DNA of 64,000 bases from Octopus vulgaris (Eukaryota), in the NCBI GenBank assembly GCA_951406725.2, contig OX597814.1:201066001-201130000 (forward strand), written 5' to 3'. Shown here piece by piece: positions 13,951 to 27,204 of the stretch. The position numbers were made by a program, and so were the translations under genes. Within the stretch, counting starts at the first letter, position 1; the number at the start of each line of letters is the position of its first letter. Under the pieces are notes generated by a model. That model saw only the letters and a list, made by a program, of their open reading frames with translations, was not told the origin of the DNA and did not search any database.

Positions 13951-14286
13951 TCATCATCATCATCATCATCGTTTAACGTCCGCTTTCCATGCTAGCTTGC
14001 ATTGGACGATTTTGACTGAGGGTTGGCAAACCAGATGGCTGCACCAGGCTCCAATCTTGATCTGGCAGAGTGTCTACAGCTGGATGCCCTTCCTAACGCC
14101 AACCACTCCGAGAGTGTAGTGGGCGCTTTTTACGTGCCACCGGCACTGGTACTTAATTCATCGACCCCGAAAGGATGAAAGGCAAAGTTGACCTCGGTGG
14201 AATTTGAACTTAGAATGTAAAGACAGATGAGCTGCCGTTAAGCATTTTGCCTGGTGTGCTAACAATTCTGCCAGCTCACTGCCTTT
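13951..14286 (-). mobile_element. RTE-tail repeat (family C) abutting a family A SINE
   Basis: (CAT)n tail and GGATGCCCTTCCTAACGCCAACCAC, followed by a family A head. Confidence 0.75.
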
Positions 14287-14904
14287 ATATATATGTGTGT
14301 ATATATATAAATATATGTGTATATATAAATATGCCTTTAAATATATATATATGTGTGTATATATAAATGTGTATATATAAATATATATGTGTATATATAA
14401 ACGGATGCATGGCCGAGTGGTTAGGGTGTTGAGCTCACAATTACAAGATTGTGATTTCAATTCCTAGATTGGGTGGAACGTTGTGTTCTTGAGCAAGACA
14501 AATCACCTCATGCTGCTCTGCAATCACTTAGACACCTGATGTGGGGTACACGGTGACCAGTACTAAAGTCACAGGAAAAAATGTCACAATAATAAGGTCA
14601 CAATTTTGGGTAGGAAAGTCACAATTAATTCATGGGATCCTGACAAAACTTCCCCTAGGACAAAACCCCCTGTGACTTTATTTCTGTAACTTTTTTTTAC
14701 CTGGATTCGTAGTACATGTGTTCACCTGTTCAGGCAATGTTGCTTTGACAGAGGGAGGGAGCTGATGTACAGCACATACATTCGACCTCTATAAACAAAT
14801 TATTTGTGCATAACAACAGGTGTCTTTCGACTAAGGACGAATTAAATTAAGCTGTCGTGTGTGGAAATAAAGCCTTACGGCACTGGGAGGAATGTAAATA
14901 TTGC

Positions 14905-15175
14905 ATGGACAGTGGCTGAACCAAGAAAGAAAGGTCAGGCTTGACCGAACACCGGTTATGTGGGGAGAGAAGAGAGAGAGGTAGAGGCAGAGGGACAGAA
15001 GAAATAAGGATGGGCGAGAAAAAATGACAGGGACACAGTGAAGTGAAAAGAGGGGGGAGGGAAGGGAGCATGAAGAGAAAGCAGGGAAATGTGAGAGAGG
15101 GGGAACGAAAGAACAAAGAGTGGAATGAACGATGTAAGCATGAAAGGGCTGATAGAAAGGAAAAAATAAAAGAAT
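14905..15175. repeat. Purine-rich dispersed repeat; second copy at ~18455-18712
   Basis: Both copies share CAGTGGCT(G/A)AACCAAGAAAGAAAGGTCAGGCTTG...GAGAGAGGTAGAGGCAGAGGGACAGAAGAAATAAGGA. Confidence 0.8.
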
Positions 15176-15184
15176 AAAAATGTA

Positions 15185-15251
<67 letters not shown>

Positions 15252-15454
15252 ATGATTATTAAGTTCACAAGTGTTTTTATTCTCTCTCTGTTTATTTTTC
15301 CCTTATTCCTATGTGTTGACAAGCGTAGGCTTGGAACGTAAAAGGCTTTTTCACTTTCCTGAGTGTCAATCGAATACATCTGCTTGTTTTTCACACACCT
15401 GTCTTCGTCTCTTGTTTTTCTAGAAATTTATATTCTTTAATTCTTTTATTCTTT

Positions 15455-16185
15455 TTCTTGTTTCAGTCATGTGACCGCGGCCATGCTGGAGCACTACCTT
15501 TAGTCGAGCAAATCGACCCCAGGACTTATTCTTTGTAAGCCTGGTACTTATTCTATCGGTCTTTTTTGCTGAACCACTAAGTCACGGGGATATGAACACA
15601 CCAGCATTGGTTGTCAAGCAATGGTAGGGAGACAAACACACACACACATATGATGGGTTTCTTTCAGTTTCCATCTACCGAATCCACTCACAAGGCTTTA
15701 GTTGTCCTGAGGCAATACTAGAAGAGACTTGATGAAGGTACCACACAATGGGACTGAACCTGGAACCATGTGGTTGGGAAGCAAGCTTCTTACCACACAG
15801 CCACTCCTATGTACATTCTTATCTTTTATCTTTTGCTTGTTTCAGTTATTTGACTGCAGCCATGCTGGAGCATTGCATTGAAGAATTGTAGTGAAATGAC
15901 TCAACCCCAGTATTTTTTAAGCTTGGTACTTATTCTGTCAGTCTGTTTTGCTGAACTGTTAAGTTACGTAGACATCACTATTAGTCAAGTGGTTTAGGGA
16001 GAGGACAAACACAGAGACACACACACTCACACACACACATACAAACCATGGGCTTCTTTCAGTTTCCGTCCACCAAATCCACTCACAAGGCTTTGGATGT
16101 CCTGAGGTAATACTAGGTGACACTTGATCAAGGTGCCATGCAGTGGGACTGAACTCAGAACCTTGTTGTTATGAAGCAAACTTTT
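15455..16185 (-). mobile_element. Two family B SINEs
   Basis: Two consecutive reverse-complement copies of the family B consensus. Confidence 0.8.
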
Positions 16186-16189
16186 TATC

Positions 16190-16530
16190 AAAATCGCCCA
16201 AAATTCAATGGAAATTGTAGTTGTAATACCAGTGCCAGTGGCACGTAAAAGAACCATCCGAACATGGCCGTTGCCAGCGCCGCCTTAAATGGCTTCTGTG
16301 CCAGTGGCACGTAAAAAGCACCAACTGATCGTGGCCATTGCCAGCTTCGCCTGGCACATAAAAAAGCACCTACTACACTCACGGAGTGGTTGACATTAGG
16401 AAGGGCATCCAGCTGTAGAAACACTGCCTGATCAGACTGGGCCTGGTGCAGCCTCCTGGCTTCCCAGACCCCGGTCGAATCATCCAACCCATGCTAGCAT
16501 GGAAAACGGACGTTAAACGATGATGATGAT
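16190..16530 (+). mobile_element. Family C RTE-tail repeat
   Basis: TTAGGAAGGGCATCCAGCTGTAGAAAC...CATGGAAAACGGACGTTAAACGATGATG. Confidence 0.8.
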
Positions 16531-16858
16531 ATATATAAATAAATGGAGTTTAATGCAGGTATAATTCAAATACTTTTAACTCTGGCACATGTTTCGAAGA
16601 TTTCACTGATATTATTCAAAAGAAGGTTTGGCTGTAAAAAACATAATAAAAGTTTTTATTTTTCATTCCCTTTGAAATGTGGTTTTGGACGTTTTGACTG
16701 CTCCTTCAAGCATGTAAGGCAGCCCGTTAAAGGTCACCTCTTTTTGTGTTTAAATGTACACTAATTTTATATGGAAAATATGTTGTCTATTGACTTTTTA
16801 TACATGCTAGGCCACTGGTAAAAAAATTTCTAAAATTTTGCTACCCTATATTTTTTAA

Positions 16859-16904
<46 letters not shown>

Positions 16905-16906
<2 letters not shown>

Positions 16907-17200
16907 TCATCATCATCGTTTGACGTCCACTTTCCATGCTAGCATGGTTTGGACGATTTGACTGAGGTTTGGTAAACCATACGGCTGCACCAGACTCCAA
17001 TCTGATCTGGCAGAGCTTCTACAGCTGGTTGCCCTTCCTAACGCCAACCACTCCGAGAGTGTAGTGGGTGCCAGTCAGGCGGTACTAGCAACAGCCATGC
17101 TCAAATGGTGCCTTTTATGTGCCACCTGCACAGGAGCCAGTCCAGCAGCCCTGGCAACGACCCCACTCAAATGTTTTTTCGCGTGCCACTGGCACAAGTG
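16905..17200 (-). mobile_element. Family C RTE-tail repeat
   Basis: Reverse-complement copy with (CAT)n tail. Confidence 0.8.
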
Positions 17201-17201
17201 C

Positions 17202-17202
<1 letters not shown>

Positions 17203-17253
<51 letters not shown>

Positions 17254-17307
17254 TATAATAATAATAATAATGATAATAATAATGATGATGATGATGATAA
17301 TAATAAT

Positions 17308-17378
<71 letters not shown>

Positions 17379-17400
17379 TGATGATGATGATGATAATAAT

Positions 17401-17459
<59 letters not shown>

Positions 17460-17536
17460 TGATGATGATGATGATAATAATATTAATAATAATAATAATA
17501 ATAATAATGATGATGATAATATTATTAATAATAATA

Positions 17537-17568
<32 letters not shown>

Positions 17569-17606
17569 AATAATAATAATAATAATAATGATAATAATAA
17601 TAATAT
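17203..17606. repeat. (AAT)n/(GAT)n compound microsatellite
   Basis: Visible trinucleotide array. Confidence 0.95.
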
Positions 17607-18713
17607 CTCATGCTTAATTAAGAATGTTCAAAAGCTTGTTTACAACGTCTCGTTAGTGATGCCTTATTAGTTAAAAATGAGTTAAATCTCAACTGTACAT
17701 TATCAGTTTGTATAAAAGGCATATGAAACTATGACAAGCCTTCATTAAATGTTATCATTGCCTAGTATAAAATAGCAGAAATTAAGAATACGTTATACTT
17801 TGTCAAATCCTTGTTTTTTACCTCTCACATTTGCTTATCTCGTTTCTTGCATTATTATAGCTAACTTTCTGAAAGCTCAAGTTTTGTAAGATTTTATAAC
17901 TTTAATTAAATCAATTCAGGAAAATATTGAAAAGAGAAATGATTTTGAGAATTCAGGTGATTTCTAATCACATTCTCTATGAAAACTAATTCATGGCTGT
18001 TTTGTTTTTATTTGGAATAACAAATTAACATCTCTAAAAGTAAAGATATGGAATGGTATAATCATGTTAATGAAGTCTTTTAAATGCACGGAATGCTTGT
18101 TAGGAATAGGTGATAGCTTTTGTTACCTAGGTGATCTAATCAACAATTGAGGTTGATTTTGTGAAAATATGATTATCAGAATGAGTACGGTGAAGAAGAA
18201 GTTCAAGGAGTCTAAAAATTCCACTGGATTTTCTCAGAAAAAGGCTTCTCTCTCTGAATAAATTGCAGAATATGTGAGAAGCTCATTATTTCAGGGTAGG
18301 GCAATGTGGGTTCTGAATATGGAGACTATGCTAAAACTGGAAACAAAATGAAGTGAATGGGTACATGCTGTCAGCTGGTACGAAAGATGGAACACAAGAA
18401 ATTTAAGGAGAATGTCTGGGTATCGGAGATATCAGCAGTAATATAGATGTTGCACAGACAGTGGCTAAACCAAGAAAGAAAGGTCAGGCTTGCCTGAACA
18501 CCAGTCACATGGGGAGAGAAAAGAGAGAGGTAGAGGCAGAGGGACAGAAGAAATAAGGAGGGGAGAGAATAAATGACAGGGAGACTGAAGTGAAAAGAGG
18601 AGGGAAAGCGAGCATGAAGAGAAGGCAATGAAATGTGAGAGAGGGGAAACGAAAGAATGAAGAATGGAATGAATGAAGTAAGCGTGAAAGGGCTGATAGA
18701 AAGAATAAAAATA

Positions 18714-18793
18714 GTGTCTTCTGCTATAGCCCCGGGCCGACCAATGCCTTGTGAGTGGATTTGGTAGACGGAAACTGAAAGAAGCCTGTCGTA

Positions 18794-18832
<39 letters not shown>

Positions 18833-19031
18833 CTGTGTTTGTCCCCTAGCATTGCTTGACAACCGATGCTGGTGTGTTTACGTCCCCGTCACTTAGCGGT
18901 TCGACAAAAGAGACCGATAAAATAAGTACTGGGCTTACAAAGAATAAGTCCCGGGGTCGATTTGCTCGACTAAAGGCGGTGTTCCAGCATGGCCGCAGTC
19001 AAATGACTGAAACAAGTAAAAGAGTAAAAGA

Positions 19032-19032
<1 letters not shown>
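18714..19032 (+). mobile_element. Family B SINE (5'-truncated)
   Basis: Matches the family B body and (GAGTAAAA)n tail. Confidence 0.85.
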
Positions 19033-19068
<36 letters not shown>

Positions 19069-19659
19069 TGACTGCTAAGTTCACAGCAAGGAGAAGATTG
19101 GGTTGGTACATGGAAAATGGAAGTTTGGGAGATGCAAATAGAAAAGCATAGAAAAGAAGAAGCATGAAGTGGGCAGGAGTGGTGAGAGATAATCTCACAG
19201 CATCCTGGACCTCATGGGCCTCACATAGGAAGTGATTAAGGATCCCCAATAAATGGAGAGCAAAATTGGGTGAAACACATCTCTCTGACTAACGCCAGTA
19301 TGGAAAGGAGAATATAAAATGGTGATGATGGTGATGATGATGTTGACAGCAATGTATATAATGGGAAGAGCAACAACAAGAGCACTCAGAGCGCACAAAC
19401 CTCTGCCAAGGCAACACCAACATCCTCAACAATTAGCCAGAGATGATTTTTAAAATGAGAATATTTGAAATAAACTTGACTGCTCTCACAAATGAGAATA
19501 CTAAAAATGAACCCAACCACTCTCAAAAATGAAGTAAAATAACAGGAAAAGTAATCTAGAATCCTTGTCCAGTATTGGATTGATCCCAAAATCTAATCTG
19601 TTCATGCCAGTCACAAGGCCAAACATCTCTGAATATTTTATCTGAATCCATTCAGTTGT

Positions 19660-19890
19660 TCAGGGTGTGGTGAATAAACTGTTGTTTAAATTATGCAAAA
19701 ATGAAATAAACACTGATATCTCATTTTAACAGATATATTTATCAAATTTACATAAAAATATCTTGAAATACTAAAGAGTAAATTTAGTCAATAAAATCGC
19801 CATTGGCTTCAAACACAGCCTCCAGACAACTTTGGAATCTCCTGCAACTCTTCTAGACGGTCTCCTTGTTTAAGTTGGTGAATGCTGCCT
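19660..19890 (-). mobile_element. Tc1/mariner-superfamily (maT-like) transposase C-terminus plus terminus
   Basis: Minus-strand translation AAFTNLNKETV*KSCRRFQSCLEAVFEANGDFID*. Terminus CAGGGTGTGGTGAATAAA; a related end lies at ~9090-9122. Confidence 0.7.
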
Positions 19891-19895
19891 TAATC

Positions 19896-20152
19896 CATGG
19901 TGAGGACATGCATAGACTTGAAAGAAATGAAACTAGTATGATCAGCTGGATGTGTAATGTCAATGTGCATACATAACAGAGTGTGAATGCCCTGAGAGAA
20001 AAGTTGAGCATAAGAAGCATGAAATGTGGTGTGTAAGAGAGTTGAGTGTGCTGGTATGGCCACGTGTTATGTATGGATAAGGACAACTGTGTGAGAAAGT
20101 GCCACACCCTGACTGTGGAAGAAACCTGCGGAAGAGGTAAACCCAGGAAGAC
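19896..20152 (+). pseudogene. RTE LINE RT C-terminal remnant
   Basis: EDMHRLERNETSMISWMCNV...WYGHVLCMD...CGRGKPRKT, with in-frame stops. Confidence 0.8.
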
Positions 20153-20709
20153 AGAGGCAATGACGAGAGTCTGAGATGTTTGGATATATGCTGTGATTGA
20201 GAAGACCCAGAAACTAAAGTGAGATTGCAGCCATGCATGTCCGTCCCAGTTAAAAGTACCTCTGATGCGTTGGGCGATATGATATGCTCAAGAAGACCTG
20301 TTGAGTCAAGTGAAACCAATACTGTAGCTGTGGCCAGTGCCCTCTCACTGGCTCCTGTGTCAGTGGCATGTAAAAAGCAATGTCTGAACATGGTTGATGG
20401 CTTGTCCACCTGACTGGCTCCCATGCTGGTGCCATGTAAAAAGCACCATCCAAATGTAGCCGATGCCAGTACACCCTGACTGGCCCCTATCCCAGTGGCA
20501 CATTAAAATCTATTGGTCACCTTCATTGTTTCCCATTATTTGTTCAACTCAATATACATTTTAGGGGTGCTAGTCTCTATTATTGTACATATATTAAAAC
20601 ATTTTATTTTATTTATTTTTTACTTACCCATTTGTGTATAGTATCTGATTCTATCTCTATTAAACACCATTGAACTTAATAAACTTCTAAATATAACTTC
20701 CATATATAA

Positions 20710-20740
<31 letters not shown>

Positions 20741-21420
20741 GAAAATAATAATAATAATAATACATATTAATTAACTTTAACGTTAATTTATATAAACTTG
20801 CGTTCTTATCTCTTTTAGGTTACTTTATACTTTGGGTATTGACTTTGCACAAAACTTTTAAGCCCGTCTTTTTCATATAATTAATTAATTACTTATATTG
20901 TGTGTATATATGAGTGTTGCCGTGTGTTTTATGTTTATACTTACAGAAAAAACAAATTCCCATTTGTCTATAAATAATATATTCTATATTTTTTCATTAT
21001 TTTCTTACTTTTCCCTTTATTTTAAGCTTCTTGCATTTTTATGCCATCTCCATTGTACTCACACTATATTGTAATGCACCGAAAAGAATACACTTTTATT
21101 AGTTCATTATAATACTATGATATATTTATTTTAAATACTGCTTATCTATAATACTGATAACTATTTATAATAAGCTGCTATCACATTCTTATAACCAATT
21201 TTACAATTTCTTTCTTTTTAATACTGTAGAGAGATATATTATTTTAATACCATATCCTATTCCTTATTTTTATTCTTATTTATTTTCATAATAACTTTGA
21301 TAAATATACTACCTTCCTCCCCTTTGTATGTTATTTCTATAAAGCATTTATCAGTTAATTTTTTGGCGCCATATACTCAGCACAGTAGAACATGAAAAAG
21401 CGATGGTATATCTTTAGCCA

Positions 21421-21505
21421 ACTCCAATGAGATTCAGCTTTAATATGTTTTTAATTATGCTAATTAATTTCTAAAGCCTTGAATCGAAACAGCTGTCAGG
21501 GGTGA
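21421..21505 (+). ncRNA. Decayed hammerhead ribozyme
   Basis: CCAATGA-GATTCA...TGAATC-GAAA-CAGCTG-TC. Helix II and palindromic helix III intact; CUGAUGA box mutated. Confidence 0.5.
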
Positions 21506-21734
21506 TGTCCAATTTTATAATTGATAAATAATTATAAATTTAATTATCTCTCAATTTTCTTATTTTCTTAAAAATATATATAAACCCTGGTTTATCCAGT
21601 TATCTCACAGTTCAATATTAATTGTAATATTCAATAGTTCTTGTAATAGGTAATAAACCAGTATATTCATAGGATTTCATTATCCCTTAATGAGGTTTGC
21701 AACCTTTATTTGAACTTTTTTATATATACATACT

Positions 21735-21949
21735 CTTTACTCTCTTTACTCTTTTACTTGTTTCAGTCATTTGACTGCGGCCATGGTGCAGCACCGCCTT
21801 TAGTCGAGCAAATCGACCCCGGGACTTATTCTTTGTAAGCCCAGTACTTATTCTATCGGTCTCTTTTGCCGAACCGCTAAGTGAAGGGGACGTAAACACA
21901 CCAGTATCAGTTGTCAAGCAATGCTAGGGGGACAAACACAGTCACACAA

Positions 21950-21984
<35 letters not shown>

Positions 21985-22140
21985 CATATATATGACAGGC
22001 TTCTTTCAGTTTCCGTCTACCAAATCCACTCACAAGGCATTGGTCGGCCCAGGGCTATAGCAGAAGAATCCACGCAGTGGGACTGAACCTGGAACCATGT
22101 GGTTGGTTAGCAAGCTACTTACCACACAGCCACTCCTGCG
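21735..22140 (-). mobile_element. Family B SINE
   Basis: Near-complete reverse-complement copy. Confidence 0.85.
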
Positions 22141-22224
22141 TTATATATATATGGATTGTCAATGTATCATATAGCCGAAAAAGATACATGCTCTAAAGCA
22201 TAGAGTAGTAAGGTATTTATGTTT

Positions 22225-22467
22225 GTTAAGACTATGTCAGGTCATAGAACGACCAATGGTTTCCACAAAGGGCTTAGGCCCATAGATGGTTCGTCAGCCA
22301 CTAAAGCCAAAGACAAATGTAATTCTTCATCTCTGGGAGGCATGAATCCTCCCAGATAGGAAGTGTTACATTTGTTTTCGGTTTTAGAGTCTGACGAGCC
22401 ATCCATGGGGCTAAGCCCATTGTGGATGGGAAACCATTGGCTACCCTATAACTAGACATAGACTTAA
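22225..22467. mobile_element. Fold-back element with a hammerhead in each arm
   Basis: Arms ~22225-22340 and ~22348-22467 with a 7-nt loop. Plus arm: TAGAGT-CTGACGA-GCCATCCA..TGGATGG-GAAA-CCATTGG-CT. Minus arm: CTGACGA..GAAA-CCATTGG-TC. Confidence 0.8.
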
Positions 22468-22500
22468 CTACATACATACATACATACATACATACATACA

Positions 22501-22536
<36 letters not shown>

Positions 22537-22952
22537 TAATTTTTTTTTGACTCCTTATTCGCATAATCACTGACCCTGGAACTTAACTATGATCTGTCCG
22601 TAGCACTTACTCAGCATTACCTGACACCTTTGGGTCTTATTGACGCCATTACCTCTCATAACCTATATATATATATATCAAATGACACATTTTTTTCCGG
22701 TGACACACCATCACTGATCTTGAAAAAGGAGGAACAAGCCATAATAAATCTCTGAACGAGATGTAAACAGTAGCAGTATGACATTGTGAAGTATATTGGC
22801 CGCCTAAATGTGGCTGACCTATAGGGGACGATGCTACTGTTGTTTATAGCCCTAAGAAGACATCTCCTCCAGCTGGCTAATGACATACTGTCTGTGTCCA
22901 ATCAGTATTTGCAAAGGGAAATCATCGTTCCTGTCTCTAGCCTTATGTGATA

Positions 22953-22997
22953 CACATGGATCCGGGTTTCTTGGTAGCAACCCGTCATCAGCATGTG
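22953..22997 (-). ncRNA. Minimal type I hammerhead ribozyme
   Basis: Minus strand: CACATG-CTGATGA-CGGGTTGCTACCAA-GAAA-CCCGGA-TC-CATGTG. Perfect helix I; lies in an inverted structure (~22790-22866 / ~23117-23190). Confidence 0.75.
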
Positions 22998-23196
22998 ACA
23001 ATCACCAGCTAGGGATGAGAACTGATTCTAAATGTAAAATACTATATGCTTTTTCCAGTGACAAACCGTGACTGATCTCGAAAAAGAAGAAGCAAGCAAT
23101 AATAAATCTCTGAGCGAGATGTCTTCCTGGGGCTGTAAACGACAGTAACATTGTCCCATACGGGTCAGTCACAATTAGGTGGCAAATATAATTCAT

Positions 23197-23236
<40 letters not shown>

Positions 23237-24574
23237 AAGAGAGAAATATATATATTTATATATATATATTACAGAGATGTACTTGCATAGGTAGTGACCT
23301 GATCTGAGATCATGTGCTGGAACAAAAACAATTGCAGCTTGGAAGGTGTTTATAAGCCATTTAAGAAACACACAAAAACCGTTAGATTCACTTCAACATT
23401 TAAAACTAAGTTCTGGAAGAATTATGTAAGTATATATATATATATGCACATCTTGGACCATTGCTTAATTTCTACTCTAAGACACTATTATCACCCTTCA
23501 TCTCTGTAACTGTAAGTTTTCCTCGATACCTCAATAACCTTTCTCAATATCTGGTCTAATTTCTCTTGATAGCCATCCATCATCCTTAATACTGCTCTCC
23601 ACCCACATTTTACATTGACTCCCTTCCACCCAATCAATACACCTTCTCTACTACCATATGCTTTATTCTCCTCATGCATTATACCTGTTCCTTTCTCTCC
23701 ACACTCTTGCATCCTACTCAATAATTACTTGACATCTCATTCTCTCCCCTCTCCTCTCTTTTGTCAACTAACCATTACTATTCTGCAACACTTCATTCCT
23801 ATCATCCCTGGCCACCCACCCCTTATCCACCATTCACTATATCCACCCCTCAACCTATTCTAACCTTTACAGTTGTCACCTACTCTCCCCTATCTACCCC
23901 ACTTATCATCCACTCAATACTCAATCTTCATTCATTATATTCATCTCCTCACCCATTCCCCATCTCTCACTGCCCCATACACTCCTGCAATCTCCACTGT
24001 CTCCTAAGTAACCATTGGAAGAAATTTTTTGCCATTAAAATATTGTTAGTATCTCTGGTTATTTGACTAATGTGATCTATTTTACTATATTGAACTGAAC
24101 ATTTTTCTATAAAAAAATAAAAAAACAATAAAACCCATAATTTAGGAATGGTGTCAGAATAATATCAATAATTTCTTATCAAAGTATGAGAATGTACTAA
24201 GATAATCCCTGATGAAAATGAGAGCATATCTTAAATGACCTTCTTAAGACACTGGCCATGATCTCATGATATCTAAAAGTGTGAATGAAGTCTGAGAGAT
24301 ATAAGAACATATGTGGTTTAAAAGATTGACTAATTTAGTAATTTATTTCCTCAGAGGTACAGTTTGCTGCATTCATAGGAATATCGTTGACTCATTCCAT
24401 GGAAAGAGTATATTATGAAGAAAGGAGTGGCTATGTGGTAGGAAGTTTGCTTCCCAGCCATGTGGTTCTGGGTTCAGTCCCACTATATGGCACCCTGTGC
24501 AAGTAACTTCTATTATAGCCTTAATCTGACCAAAGCTTTATGTGTGGATTTGTCGAGAGAAACTGAAAGAAGCC

Positions 24575-24724
<150 letters not shown>

Positions 24725-24899
24725 TATACATAACTTTTCAGGATTCAAAAGAATCAGGTATTTAAATAGTAGAAACACAAAAATAGAGTCAGGTATATTG
24801 CACCCGTGTACCACTTGATGAAAACGTTTTTTGTTTGCATGGTGTAACACTTTTCTTCATCAATAAAGGTGTTTTGAGCCACAGATGATCTGTGTTATT

Positions 24900-24953
<54 letters not shown>

Positions 24954-25272
24954 TATATTAAATTAGAGATAAAACTCTAATTCGAGTTATGGTTACAGTC
25001 AATCTTCAGGTAATTGAAATATCAGACTCTATATTCAATAAACCATTAAATATTTATTAAAAATATATTTAGTAATAAAATATTTAGTAATAAAATGAAC
25101 AACTATATATAATCTAACTATAATTAAAAACAGAACCTAAATAACTAAAATAAACTAATATAATAAGTACTACAAATCACCTGTTATATTTAGAATACTA
25201 TTACATAAAACAACAAATAGGGAGCTAATTAAGGTTAAGAAATATTCATTATTTATCAAGAAATTTATTATA

Positions 25273-25620
25273 TTAGTAAAGTAACTTGTGTCTGCATTTT
25301 ATTTTGCGCTCATCACAGATATTCAGTAAATTATCATGCTTATAAAATAAAATTTCCTTAAACTCATTAGAACATAAATAACAAAAATTCGCTCCTATAC
25401 TATATGATTTAGTTTTACTAATTATTTCCCAAGATAAATTATAATTAATATTTTGGGATTTAAGTCCCCAAATGTACTAGCTAAGTCTAGTGGAGTTAAT
25501 TAAGTTTTTATTTTGAAATGAATTCATATGTTGTGCGATTCTTAATTTTATTTTAGAGGAAGTGGACCCTATATATATCATGTTTGATATATAACTTAAT
25601 AATAACTTAAACACGATATA
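25273..25620 (-). pseudogene. GIY-YIG endonuclease C-terminus of a PLE
   Basis: Hand translation: YIVFKLLLSYISNMIYIGSTSSKIKLRIAQHMNSFQNKNLINSTRLS*YIWGLKSQNINYNLSWEIISKTKSYSIGANFCYLCSNEFKEILFYKHDNLLNICDERKIKCRHKLLY*. Confidence 0.8.
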
Positions 25621-25786
25621 TATTTGTAGTACTTATTATATTAGTTTATTTTAGTTATTTAGGTTCTGTTTTTAATTATAGTTAGATTATATATAGTTGT
25701 TCATTTTATTACTAAATATTTTATTACTAAATATATTTTTAATAAATATTTAATGGTTTATTGAATATAGAGTCTGATATTTCAAT

Positions 25787-25855
25787 CACCTGAAGATTGA
25801 CTGTAACCATAACTCGAATTATTACGAATTGGACAGCCATGAAACGATCGTAGTG
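25787..25855 (+). ncRNA. Type I hammerhead ribozyme
   Basis: CAC-CTGAAGA-TTGACTGT...ACAGCCAT-GAAA-CGATCG-TA-GTG. Palindromic helix III, GUA triplet. Confidence 0.8.
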
Positions 25856-26083
25856 TTTTACTCATTATCTTTTATTAAACTTTTAATACTTTTGATATAT
25901 ATTTAAAATAATATAAATTAATTAATTTTATGTATTGGCTTAAGTTTTTCATTGTTTGATTTGCCTAATAGTGGTTTTATCTCTAATTTAATATAATATA
26001 ATATTTTACTATAAAATTGGATTCAATCCTAAATCTGATTTTTCCCTGTAAGTTTGGATTTATTCCTTAATATTTTATTATTA

Positions 26084-26133
<50 letters not shown>

Positions 26134-26409
26134 GGGTATATTTATATATATACACACATATATCTATATATCTATATCTAGATAGATTCCAGTAACTTAG
26201 CAGTTTGGCAAAAGAGACTGATAGAATAAGTACCAGGCTTAAAAAAGAAAAGTACTGCAGTTGATTCATTCAAATTGAAGGCGGTGCCCCAGCGTGGCCA
26301 CAGTCTAATGACTGAATCAAGTAAAAGATAAAAAGTGAAGCAATGACAGGTCATATTTCTTTTCTTTTGCCACAAAACTCTTTATAATTTGTTCGATTCA
26401 TTTTGTTAT

Positions 26410-27200
26410 GGTAAGTGGCACGTAAAAAGCACATTTCGAGCACTGAGCTTCACGGATGCACATGAAAAGCTCCTTTCAAGTGTTGGGCCTCATGGAGGCA
26501 ATGATTGTGTCCTTCCTCATGTTGTGCTTGAGAAGACCCACCAAGCCATGTAAAATCACAGCCATGGCAGATACTGGTGCCACGCAAATGGCACCTGTGC
26601 CAGTGTCACAGAAAAGCACCTATTACACTCTCTAAGTGTTTGGCATTAGGATGGGCATCCAGCTATAGAAACCATGCCAAATCAGAGTGGGTTCTGATGC
26701 AGCCTTTCAGTTTGCCAGCCCTGGTCAAACTCCCCAACCTATGCCAGCATGGACAATAGATATTAAATGATGATGATAATGATGATAATGTGAACATGCG
26801 ATCTTTGTAATTATTTTCATTCATTTTTGCTCACAAAAATCATGTTGCCTGTTTGCAATTGTTATGTAAGTGTCACCCATGCCTGTGACATGTAAAAAGC
26901 ACCTTTCAAGCAATAGGCTTCATGGGAGCACATGTCGTGCTTGAGAAGAAGACCCATCAAGCCAAGTAAAATTACATCCATGGCAGACACTGGTGCCACA
27001 CAAATGGCACCCGTACCAGTATCACACAAAAGCGCCCATTTCACCCTCTGAGTATTTGGTGTTAGGAAGGGCATCCAGCCATAGAAACCTAGCCAAATCA
27101 GAGTGCGATCTGGTGCAGCCTTCCAGTTTGCCAGCCCTGGTCAAACTCTCCAACTCATGCCAGCATGGACAATGGACATTAAATGATGATGATAATGATG
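26410..27200 (+). mobile_element. Two diverged family C RTE-tail repeats in tandem
   Basis: Duplicated TTGAGAAGA..CCAAGCC..GGGCATCCAGC..CAGCATGGACAA..(GAT)n units. Confidence 0.7.
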
Positions 27201-27204
27201 ATGG

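Larger units (their letters stand above)
24957..25993 (-). mobile_element. 5'-truncated PLE with inverted terminal arms (Naiad-like GIY-YIG remnant)
   Basis: Inverted arms 24979-25177 and 25622-25820, plus matching ends (TAAATTAGAGATAAAAC / GTTTTATCTCTAATTTA). Flanked by (TA)n. Confidence 0.85.

Noticed and set aside
17105-17670. Poly-Ile/Asn/Asp ORFs
   Set aside because: Translation of an (AAT/GAT)n microsatellite.
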